DNA of 64,000 nucleotides, taken from positions 76,198,001-76,262,000 of the forward strand of contig OZ336881.1 of the NCBI GenBank assembly GCA_965287045.1. The letters run 5' to 3'. The notes under the pieces were generated by a model, which saw nothing but the letters and a program-made list of their open reading frames with translations, had not been told where the DNA came from and did no database searches. Position numbers and translations under genes: made by a program. Source of the stretch: Carcharhinus amblyrhynchos (taxonomy: Eukaryota). Shown one piece after another: positions 13,416 to 24,429 of the stretch. Each line of letters starts with the position of its first letter. Position 1 is the first letter of the stretch.

Positions 13416-16234
13416 CCCAAGACAGGAGGTGAGAGCCCTGTCTTGTAAGCTTGGATCAGGAATGTCTCAACTTGTTCAGACTCTAAATTGGATTTGATTG
13501 GATTGAATTGGAATAAAAACCAAAACAAAAGGTTTAATCACCCTCAGTTGGAAAGAGGATGGGAGATTTGTCACACCTTCCCCCACCCTGGTTATGATCG
13601 GCAATGCCAAGAAACGCAGCGGGAAATTGACAACACCTCCCCCCCCCCGCACCCCCAACCCTGACACCAGTATTTTCAGGGCCTCTTGCCTCAAGACCCA
13701 AAATTTGGGGCCCCTGAGAATTCAGCTTCCTTTGCCAGTTTTGTCACACAGACCAAGGTTTGATCACCCATTGTAGTTTCTTCTTCTTTTGGTTCAACAT
13801 TCATTTTCTTTGTGTTCCTTAGGATGCTTTTCTACCTGAAAGGTGCTTGTTGAATACAGTTCTTATACAATGGTACTGTTTTATTTGCAACTCTGTTGTT
13901 CTTCCCAGTGTATGGAGGAACAAAGGGAAAAAGGACACCCTCCATCTTCCAACGCCTTTGGTATTGGTCATGGGAAATCCATGTTGAGAGCTGTTCTCAG
14001 TGCCTCTTGAGGAGGTGCATAGGGCTTTGTTTATCCTGTAGCACTCTAATGTAAATACATGGGTAATAAATGGGTGAACAAAAGCCCATGAGTGGTCAGG
14101 TTTGCGTTTGTTTTAGGCACTCTGCCCACTTACCTCAGGAAACTGCAGCTGACTCTGGAAAATAAGCTGCTAACTGGTGTCGCTGAGGAATTTTGCACAG
14201 ATAACCACAGGAGAACAGTTAAGGGCTCAGTGTTTAGTGATGAAGAAGTGGTAACAAAGGGAATGCTGTGACAGAATTGCCCTAAATGTTAACTACACAG
14301 CTTATTTCTATTCATGCAAAGTAAATTGCTGGAATACATGAATGAATGTAATAGAATTTAAAACATCAGTACCATGTATTAGTTATTTCCCCAGACAGGC
14401 ATTGGTGGCAGTGCACAGGTCTGATAACCAATATCAGGAAAAAAAATCAGGCAATGGCTTATGACTTCCTTAGAATGAGGAAAGATACTAGAGTGAAGAG
14501 TCTAGTACATCTATCCCATTTGTCCCTCAATTACTGGGCAAAGGAGGAAGTCAATAAGCCTGCCAAAGAAATTACATTTTTCATCTACAACGACACTGGA
14601 TCCACAGGCCAGTAGCCTTTCAGCACCTTACTGAAATTATCATTGTGTGTGTGTGTGTCAGTCAATCACAAGCAAGAGCAATTCTGTCCCTAAACCTGAC
14701 GTGCACTTTCCAGCAGGGGTCAGTGGATAGCTATCAGAAGCAGCAACTCTGAATTTCTTTTTTACATTCTCTAGCAGTTCAGCTGGTGGCTCCAGTTTCA
14801 AACATTTGAGGTCATGTTATAGGCAGAAGCTTTAAACATTTGAAAATCAAGGCAAGCTAAATAATCCTACATATTACAAAGTAATAAACAACATTTTCTA
14901 TCCTATTTGTATCATGTCGATTGCAGCATTCACAATTCTGGGAGGGCACAGTATCAGAAACAAGTCAATTTATTCTCTTCCTTTTAGTAAAAAGCATGTA
15001 ATTATTGACAGCACCTTGATTGCCTGTATTTGTGGCCTGTGTGTTTTAAAAGATGACTGAAAAATATTTTAACAAAAAAGATTTAAGTGTCAAAAGAATT
15101 TTTTTATCTTCTCTGTATGATTGGTACACAGTTGTAAACAGTATGTTTTAAACCCACAATCACTCGATTGTAATTTACTTAGAATTTAATTGTGTTTAAC
15201 TTTCGTATTAAGTATCTAACTGATCAACCTCCTATGACCTGTGTTAATAACTTTAAGACACACAACCTCCTGCTTTAGCTGTACCTTAAGATTATTTTGA
15301 TATCAAGAATGGATGACACATTCCTCTGCTTTGGTTTGCAGGGAAATTGGTTAAGTAATTAAGTTTGAAACAAGTATTGCTCACCCCTGATTTTAAAAAA
15401 TAGTCTTTAATGTGAGCTGCTGGTTGGGGAAGGTAGGAAGTCTCCTTCCAGCAGTCATGTGAACATAGGAAATGTGACAGCACAAGGTTTGACTGTTATA
15501 TCCTTAACTTCTTTCTTCAACTTAGTTTACCTTTATGAAGTGTAACAAACGTTTTGCTGTTAAAATTTGGAGGCAAGCAAACATGTTTCCTGAGGCAAAT
15601 CGGACTTTCCTGCCTGCTTAGCACCAAACCCATTTGGATTTATTTTTCAAAACGCATGTTTATTTTTAGTTGCTTGACCATGTATTAACTCCTACGCTTA
15701 AGTGGGGGTAGGGCATTGTGGAGAACCACAGTTAAGATAAATTGCATCATTGACTGACTATCTTTCACAACAAACTCATTTTACAACTAACAGGATAAAA
15801 TAATGTTTGAAACGTTGACATTTCTATTTATGATAGTTGCATTTGCCTATTTTTTGGGCCAGTCCTGTGCCGAAGTGGTCATTCATTATTCCTTAGTGGG
15901 CCCTAGCAGACCACTCAACTACATGGGGCATCACAATTACAACCCCTCTGCTGCTACAGCTGGTTCAGCAAATTAATTTTTGAGTTTTGATTGTCTTGTT
16001 GGAATAGCAGTAGGAACCGTACCATTGGTTTTATGAAAGGGACACTGGCCAAGCTTTCCATTTCCACAACTAGTCCATTGAATAAATAATAGACACATAC
16101 AGGATATCAGTCAAATATTATTCCTGAATAGAATTCAACTCTCAGCTTCCACGTTTGTATTTGAATGATGTCTGAAATGGAAGAGACTTTAGTGAATTGA
16201 AATTAAAACATCGAAAATTCCCACTTACATAGCA

Positions 16235-16860
16235 AGGCCAAAGTAGAAAAATGTCCCAAGCTGCTTGGGATCCTGAGGTTGATAAATGTAAAGTTACAAA
16301 AGCAAGGAAGTCATGGTAAATCTTTATAAAACATTGCACCAGCCTCAACTAGACCATTGAATCCACATTTTAGAAAGGATGTGAAGGCTTTAGATAAGCT
16401 GTAGAAAGGATTTACGGGAATGGTTCCCCCGGGATGAGGGACATTGGTTGCATGGACACATTGGAGAGGCTGGGATTGTTATCTTTAAAAGAAAAGACTT
16501 GATAGATATATTCAGAATCAGATCTGAATTGAGAAGATAGGGAGAAACTGTTGTTGTTGGTGGAAGAATCGAGAAGCAGATGAAATGAATGGTGGAGAAG
16601 GCTCAAATGCCTGAATGGCCTACTTCCGTTTCTACTTTCTATGTTTCTTTGACACTAATTTAAGGTGAATAGTGAAAAAAAAACAAAGCTGACATGAAGA
16701 AAAGCTTTTATCGTAACAAATGGTTAAGATCTGGATCTCTGCCTAAGAGTGTGCTGGAGACAGATATAATTGCGGTTTTCAAAAATGTATTAGATAATTG
16801 TCTGGAGAAAAAAATGCCAAGGTACAGGGAGAAGTGGGACGAGATGGGACTAAGTCCCCA
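16235..16860 (+). mobile_element. old CR1 3' fragment with a nested short CR1 3' end (about 16588-16650)
   Basis: Decayed RT C-terminal motifs (ctttataaaacattg..cctcaact, agaaaggatgtgaaggctttaga); nested gaatggtggagaaggctc..gaatggcctacttcc..ttctatgtttct. Confidence 0.6.
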
Positions 16861-17378
16861 GGTTCCAAGTCCCAGAAGAGGGGAGATGAGGTCTGGGGGG
16901 AGGTGGATTCTTAATAGGGAGGCTAGGGGTATGAAAAGAGCAGCAGTGCAAGCAGCAGATCCTTGGGAGGAAGGCACCAGATATGGAATGGCGACCCTTG
17001 AGAGAGGCAACCCCCCCCTTTCTACTCTAAGGCCTGAGCAACACAACCTTGCCAGGCTTCCCTCCCCACTCTTCCTAAACTCATCAAGATTGAGGCCAAA
17101 TAGGAAGCAGCCCTTAAGTAGCCAATAATTCACCACCTAAGGGCCTCAGTTTGACCGTAGGCTTTGCCCACTCAATGTAAACTTCCAAGTCATGAGTGGA
17201 CAGGAAGAATCTTAACCATTTGTTACAATAAAAGCTTTTCTTCATGTCAGCTTTGTTTTTTTTTCCAACCATTCACCATAAATTAGTGTCAAAGAAACAT
17301 AGAAAGTAGAAACGGAAGTAGGCTATTCGGGCATTTGAGCCTTCTCCACCATTCATTTCATCTGCTTCTCGATTCTTC
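16563..17378. repeat. inverted duplication, about 170-bp arms (16563-16730 and 17209-17378)
   Basis: Arms are near-perfect reverse complements with few mismatches; second arm bracketed by caggaag (17201-17207 and 17378-17384). Confidence 0.92.
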
Positions 17379-19142
17379 AGGAAGTACAAAGGCGACCCTG
17401 GAATTGTACAAGTACCTGCCAACACACAATGCCCCCTGCAAACCCACTGGGAAAACTTTGACCAAAGATTATATAAGATTTGAGAAAGAACAAGGGTGTG
17501 AATCTGGGATAGATGCAGGATCATGACTGGGACACAGGGGAGCCAGTTTGTTTCTGAAACAAGGAAGGAAACAGTAAAAGCAGCTGAACTGATGGTCTCA
17601 ATCTTAGTGAGAACAAAATTGCTGAGCTTCTCAGCCCTTGTGGGAATGAGGAGGCAAGGAGAGTGTTTCAGGTGGATAGTAAAGGTGCCTGGAATTGTCT
17701 TTCGTTTCCAGAATGATTGTAGGTGCTTTTTTTTAGATGACTAGGATATCCGGCAGTACTTAGTCCTGCCAGATTTAATGCTGTGTGCTTAAACCATTTG
17801 TGTGCTAGGCACACATAAATTTGTGCCTTGGACTTGATGGATGTAGAAGAGAATTAAAGGGTTTACTGGAGAAACAGAAATGGTTAAGCAGGTGCATAGC
17901 TTCTGACAAATGAGTGTCATAGGCTAGCCAGTTGGGAAAAGAGAACCTGCCAATGACTTGACGGAGCATTTTGTTTAGGATTGGTAGAGAAGTGGGCTGG
18001 AAGAAGGTAGGAATACCTAGCTGGTGACTGACACCTGTTGGAGGACACCTGTTGATAATTGTGACCATTGGATATAGCCAGCACAATTCTGTCCTGATCT
18101 AGCATGCACATCCATAATCATATAGATCCAATAGGATTCCTTGGACAGTAATTAGGGATGGGAATATTAGCCCCCTTCCTGCTATTTACTGCTAAACTCT
18201 GGCTTCACTGGCTGATTGGCCTCCTCCTGTTTCCATTTTCTTCATCGTTGTAAATTCAATTTAAAATTTCATCTTGTAAGCATGATTGTATTGGTTGCTT
18301 TGGCAAACAACCTTGAATCTCTGAGTGTGGGTGTTGAAGAGCCTCAGTAAAAGTGGTCTACTGGTTGCAGTCACGACAGAACATTTTAAAAAGCTTTGAA
18401 ATGTGACAAGGACAATTTGAGCATAGTTGTACACTCACCTCCTATGATTAGTCCACTGAATAAATAATAGAATCATAAAGAATGTGCTTGTTTTCTTTTA
18501 ATAGTCAAAAAGAAACACATGCAGATAGCAGAACTCAGCCAGCTGAGTCCTGATAAATGTGTAAGTAATTTGCCAAGAAATGTTATGTTTTAATTAGGAT
18601 TTCTTACAGATTGCTTGTGCAAAATAACCAATTTGTACTGAAATCCATCTAATGATTCTTTCTGCAAGTGAAGCTAAATTAAACAACAAACACTACTTTT
18701 CTAACATATTCGTGCCTTGATGTGAAACTGGAAAATGGATTGCCGATAATTAGAGTGTTGAACATTGAAAGCATGAATAAGGAGGAAAAGCATTATTCCT
18801 GGATGCAATTCCACTCTTTGCTGCTACATCTGGATTAGAATTCTTTCTAACAGAATAAATAGTAAGTGATTTTGGTAAATTGGGATTGCAAGTTCAGACA
18901 TGCACTTGTTTAGAGGATGACAGCTGAGCTGCTAATGAAAATAATGGTCTTCATTCCTGGAAGCATCCACACGTTCTAGGATTAGCCTCATAATGAACAA
19001 GCTTTTTGGGTAAAATGGCCAGAATCTCAGACAGCTTGGCATAGACACGTGGCCATCTCATCAGTTGTAGCAGCAAGAAGAACTGAGATATCCAAAAAAA
19101 GGGAATGGGAAACCAAAAGGGACTTACACTGAAGTTCAGCAT

Positions 19143-20460
19143 ACATAAGAAATAGGAGCAGGAGTAGGCCATCTAGCCCTTCGAGCCTGCCCCGCCATTC
19201 CATAAGATCATGGCTGATCTGAAGTGGCTCAGTTCCGCTTTCCCGCCTGCTCCCCATAACCCTTAATTCCCTTATCTATCAGAAATCTATCTACCCGTTA
19301 CTTAAACATATTCAACGAGGTAGCCTCCACCACTTCAATGGGCAGAGAATTCCAAAGATTCACCACCCCCTGAGAAAAGAAATTCCTCCTCAGCTCTGTT
19401 CTAAACTGCCCCCTCTTATTTTGAGGCTGTGCCCTCTAGTTCTGGTTTCCTTTCTAAGTGGAAAGAACCTCTCTAGGTGTACCCTATCTAGCCCCTTCAT
19501 TATCTTATATGTCTCTATAAGATCCCCCCCTCAGCCTTCTGAACGCCAACGAGTACAGGCCCAGTCTATTCAATCTCTCTTCATAAGCTAACCCCCTCAT
19601 CTCCTGTATCAGCTTGGTGAACCTTCTCTGTACTCCCTCCAAGGCCAATATATCCTTACGCAAAGAAGGGGACCAACACTACACACAGTACTCCAGTTGC
19701 GGCCTCAGCAATGCCTTGTACAGTTGCAGCAAGACCTCCCTGCTTTTATATTGTATTCCTTTTGCACTAAAGGCCAACATTCCATTCACCTTCTTGATCA
19801 CCTGCTGCACCTGCAGGCTGAGTTTTTGCGATTCATGCACAAGGACCCCCAGGTCCCTCTGCACAGTAGCATGCTGTAACTTTTCACCATTTAAATAATA
19901 TTCCATCCTACTATTACTTCTTCTAAAGTGGATAACCTCACATTTGTTAACGTTATACTCCATCTGCCAGGTCCTCGCCCACTCACTCAGCCTACCCAGA
20001 TCTCTCTGCAGACTTTCCGCGTCCTCCACACAATTCACTTTTCGACTCATCTTTGTGTCATCAGCAAATTTTGTTACCCTACACTCAGCCCCCTCCTCCA
20101 GATCGTCTATGTATTTGGTAAACAGTTAAGACCCCAGCACCAATCCCTGCGGCATTCCACTAGTCACCAACTGCCAACCAGAAAAGCACCCATTTATTCC
20201 AACTCTCTGCTCCTGTTAGATAGCCAATCCTCAATCCACGCTAACACTTTACCCCCAACTCCGTGTACCCTAACCTTCTGCAGCAACCTTTTGTGAGGCA
20301 CCTTATTGAATGTCTTCTGGAAATCTAAAAACACCACATCTACTGGTTTCCCTCTGTCTTCCGCACTAGTCACATCTTCATAAAAATCCAGTAAATTTGT
20401 CAAACACGACTTTCCCTTCACGAATCCATGCTGTGTCTGCTTGATCGAACTGTTCTTTTC
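19143..20460 (-). mobile_element. 5'-truncated CR1-clade LINE, related subfamily, several lesions
   Basis: Minus ORFs QHGFVKGKSCLTNLL..VFLDFQKTFNKVPH and DLGRLSEWARTWQMEYNVNKC; 3' end nearly identical to the 3' end of the 22878-24288 copy. Confidence 0.93.
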
Positions 20461-21999
20461 CATCAACATCCCCCACTAGTAGAATATGCAGCAGCAAAAG
20501 TCATTGAGACAACCAGTGAAGTTACTCATTTCAATGATTGAGGAGAAATGGGATATTTAAGAAAAAGTATTGTCCACATGCAGATTCTACTTGGATAATA
20601 TCCTAAATAGTTGACTAAGCCCAAATGGTCCTACCATTACATGTGCACAAAGCATTGCAAGCCAGTACAATTAACTGAGCTACCTTAGTTCTACACAAGA
20701 CACAGTAGAAGTTCTAAAACACCCGATATAGAAACTTCACCAATGAAGTATCTAATCCAGAGTTTGGCACCTTGCTGTGTTGATTTTAATGTAAACACCA
20801 GACAGGAACGTGAGTTACATTTCTCATGAAAGGATGTCTTAAGTTTCAATTTATAATTACCAAATTAAGGAGATGGACTGCTGGAACTAAAACAGCAAAA
20901 AGAAAGTACACTAATAGATTGGCCTGAAACAAAGCCAAGATCAGATGATATTTAAATGAATGCACGAGGGGGACCTGACCAATTTAAATTGATAATGAAC
21001 TAATTTCAGTTCTAAAACTGCGTTAGCAACACTTACTGATAAAGTTGATTGGTCTCTGCACAGGGTTCAAACCTAGAGCACTGATGTATGTGTTTTACTG
21101 GGTGCTCCAGGTTATTGTTAAACAGCTTCAATCAAATTGTCAGTAATAATAGAAATAACAAGATTTAGAAAAATCTACTTAGTAATAAATTAAAAAAGGA
21201 GCAGAATTGAAGATTCCTGATTGGAATGCACATAAGGAGAATGCTGAATTTTGGGTAAAGTGGGTCAGGTATCTGAACCTTCAGAGACTGTAGCTATTTT
21301 TGAAAGGAAATCAAAGAACATTGCGTCTCTAACTACAGACATTTCTACTCAAATGTGCTTTATAGCTATTGGCTACACAACCCCACATTGATATTTTGGA
21401 GTCAAAGTGAAGAGCTCTCTATACTTGCCTGTTCAAAGCCCCTTTGATACTTGATTCTACCAGATTCAGTTAAAGATTGGTATGTCTGGATCACATGCAC
21501 AGACAATCTAAGGACATCTGCAGAGTTGAACACACTTTAATCAGTGATGCATGTGTGTGTGGCATGGTGCACTTGGAACAGCCTTGCCGGATTCTTGAAG
21601 TCAATGTACTTTTTGAATAGGTACTATCACACATAACATTTTACCCAATGAGTTTGGGTAAAATGATTCATTGAGGCATCTCAAATTTAGTGTGGCCATA
21701 GCCCTTAAAGGGCTATTAAAAGGTATTAAAACTATTAATAGGTATGTTACAGCGTTGATAGAAAAATGAACTAAGGCCATGACACAGTGGAGTAGCTATA
21801 AGAATAGGAATGATTGTGATTGATATTGAAGAGTTCTGTTTCTGCTTGATATTAAGATTCTCAATGCTTCCATTTTGCTTGTGATTATTGAATTAATTAA
21901 ATATAAATTTGAAAACTACTCTGAATAAAGACCAGTTTGCACTGTAACACAGCAAAGAAAATTTATTAAGTGTTCTCTCTGGTTGTTTTGTCTTTGCAG

Positions 22000-22144
22000 A
22001 CTGCAACAGTTGGACCAGCACAGTCAGGCCAGTGCACAGCAGGTGTTGGAACTACTGCAAAGGCAGAATGAGCTATTAAAGGAGAGACAGAGCCTGTTGG
22101 AAAAGGTGCAGTGCCTGAAATCATCAGGAAATGTCACAGGCAAA
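22000..22144 (+). CDS. SDCCAG8: SDCCAG8 (centrosomal coiled-coil ciliopathy protein) penultimate-type coding exon
   Basis: Strong acceptor ttgttttgtctttgcag|A; translates (R)LQQLDQHSQASAQQVLELLQRQNELLKERQSLLEKVQCLKSSGNVTGK|gtagga, resembling the recalled human SDCCAG8 C-terminus (RLRQLDKHSQATAQQLVQLLSKQNQLLLERQSL); convergent synteny with AKT3. 3' boundary could alternatively be a GC donor after 22139. Confidence 0.88.
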
Positions 22145-22548
22145 GTAGGATTCGTCTGTTATCTATATTACATTAATATATTACTTTAGGAAACAAATAA
22201 TACCAGACACAGCTAATTCCTAGTGATACATTTTAGTTGCAGGATAGAAAACTTTAATTTATTTTCAGTCAATTCCACATAAAGCTGAAGGAAAGTCAAA
22301 GGAAGAGGCTTTTTATTATTCAAGGCTTTTTATTATTCAAAACTTTTTACTGAAAAAACAAGCCACCAGAAAAATAATGCACTGGTATTGACTGGGAGGT
22401 GGGTCCCTAGTTTATTGTGGGGGGGGAGGTAATAGGATCAGTGAATGGGGTTGGGACAATGTGGAGATGCCAGCATTGGACTGGGGTAAACACAGTAAGA
22501 AGTCTGACAACACCAGGTTCAAGTCCAACCGATTTATTTGATAGTAAA

Positions 22549-22585
22549 CTCACAAGCTTTCGAGGTTTACCTTTCGTCAGGTGAA
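22549..22585 (-). ncRNA. second hammerhead ribozyme motif (opposite arm)
   Basis: Minus strand ttcac-CTGACGA-AAGG taaa CCTC-GAAA-GCTT-gtgag; perfect stem I, one base missing from stem II. Confidence 0.68.
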
Positions 22586-22877
22586 AGAAGAGTTCTGGCC
22601 TCAGACAGAGCATATAAAGCCCAGACAGTTTACAGATTACTGATTAGAATGCAAATCTTTACACCCAACCTGCTATTCAAGTCTTAAAGTGGCTAACAAT
22701 GTGAGTGGAAGGAGCACTGATCACAGGTTAAAGAGATGTGTATCATCTCCAGACAGTACAGTAAGTGAGGTAACCCCCATGACTTGGGTTTGCAAAACTT
22801 CACACTGTACTGTCTGGAGACAATACACATCTCTTTAACCTGTGATCAGTGCTCCTTCCACTCACATTGTTAGCCAC

Positions 22878-24288
22878 GGGAATTATAGGCCTGTTAGTTT
22901 AACGTCTGTTGTAGGTAAAATGTTAGAATCCGTCATCAAGGAGGAAATAGCGAGGCATCTTGAGGGGAACTGCTTGATAGAGCAGACGCAGCACGGTTTC
23001 CTTAAAGGGAAGTCGTGTCTGATAAATTTACTGGAGTTCTATGAGGATGTGTCTAGGGCGGTGGATAGAGGAGAGCCGGTGGATGTGGTCTTTCTGGATT
23101 TTCAGAAGGCGTTTGACAAGGTACCTCACAAGAGGTTATTGCAGAAGGTCAGGGGGCATGGAGTTGGGGGTAGGGTGTTAGCGTGGATAGAGGACTGGTT
23201 GTCAGATAGGAGGCAGAGAGTGGGGGTCAATGGGTGCTATTCGGATTGGCGGATGGTGACTGGTGGAGTGCCCCAGGGGTCGGTGCTGGGGCCTCAGCTA
23301 TTTACCATTTATATAGATAATCCGGAGGAGGGAACCGAGTATAGGGTGTCGAAATTTGCTGATGACACCAAAATTGGTGGAAAGGCAAATTGTGCGGAGG
23401 GTGGGGAGAGTCTACAGAAGGATCTAGATAGGCTGGGCGAATGGGCCAGGAAATGGCAAATGGAATTTAATGTTGGCAAGTGCGAGGTGGTCCACTTTGG
23501 TAGGAATAATGGTAGGAAGGGTTATTACTTACGTGGAGAAAAACTGCAGCAGGCAACGGTGCAGAGGGACCTCGGGGTCCTTGTGCATGAGTCGCAAAAA
23601 CCCAGCTTGCAGGTGCAGCAGGTGGTCAGGAAGGCGAATGCGATGCTGGCCTTCATCGCAAGGGGGATTGAATATAAAAGTAGGGAGGTCTTGCCGCGGC
23701 TGTATAGGGCATTGGTGAGGGCGCAGCTGGAGTACTGTGTGCAGTTTTGGGCGCCGTACTTACGCAAGGATATTTTAGCCTTGGAGGGAGTGCAGAGGAG
23801 GTTTACTAGGCTGATGCCGGAGTTGAGGGGGTTGAGCTATGAGGAGAGGCTGAATAGATTAGGCTTGTACTCGTTAGAGTTTAGAAGAATGAGGGGAGAT
23901 CTCATTGAGACGTATAAGATGATGAATGGGATGGATAGGATAGAGGTGGAGAGACTCTTCCCGCTCAGAAAGGACAGTAGGACTAGGGGGCATAGCCTCA
24001 AGATAAAGGGGGGGGGGGCGGTTTAGAACAGAGTTGAGGAGGAACTTCTTCACTCAAAGGGTGGTTAATCTCTGGAATTCTCTGCCCATTGAAGTGGTGG
24101 AGGCTGCCTCGCTAAATATTTTTAAGACGCGGGTTGATGGGTTTTTGATAAGAGAGGGGATTAAGGGTTATGGGGAGAGGGCGGGAATGTGGAACTGAGC
24201 CACGACAGATCAGCCATGATCTTATTGAATGGCGGGGCAGGCTCGAAGGGCTAGATGGCCTACTCCTGCTCCTATTTCTTATGTTCTT
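22878..24288 (+). mobile_element. young 5'-truncated CR1-clade LINE (ORF2 RT domain + 3' UTR)
   Basis: About 380 open codons with NYRPVSLTSVVGK, QHGF..GKSC, VFLDFQKAFDKV, GVPQGSVLGP, FADDTK; one frameshift in a G11 run (24008-24018); stop 24196-24198; 3' hairpin region and ttcttatg tail. Confidence 0.95.
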
Positions 24289-24391
24289 AAAGACTTGAAT
24301 AGCAGGTTAGGTGTAAAGATTTGCATTCTAATCAGTAATCTGTAAACTGTGTCTGTGCTTTATATGCTCTGTCTGAGGCCAGAACTCTTCA

Positions 24392-24429
24392 TTCACCTGA
24401 CGAAGAGGTAAACCTCGAAAGCTTGCGAG
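24392..24429 (+). ncRNA. minimal type I hammerhead ribozyme motif (PLE-associated)
   Basis: ttcac-CTGACGA-A-GAGG taaa CCTC-GAAA-GCTT-gcgag: catalytic boxes, 4-bp stem II, palindromic AAGCTT in place of stem III, stem I with one mismatch. Confidence 0.75.

Noticed and set aside
16694-17136. Opposing ORFs of about 143 aa
   Set aside because: Span decayed CR1 and GC-rich MITE-like debris; no recognisable protein.
1-21999. Further upstream SDCCAG8 exons
   Set aside because: No exon-like coiled-coil segment recognised; the previous exon probably lies before the window, though a short exon could have been missed.
22306-22340. 17-bp tandem duplication aggctttttattattca
   Set aside because: Ordinary slippage duplication with no evident function.
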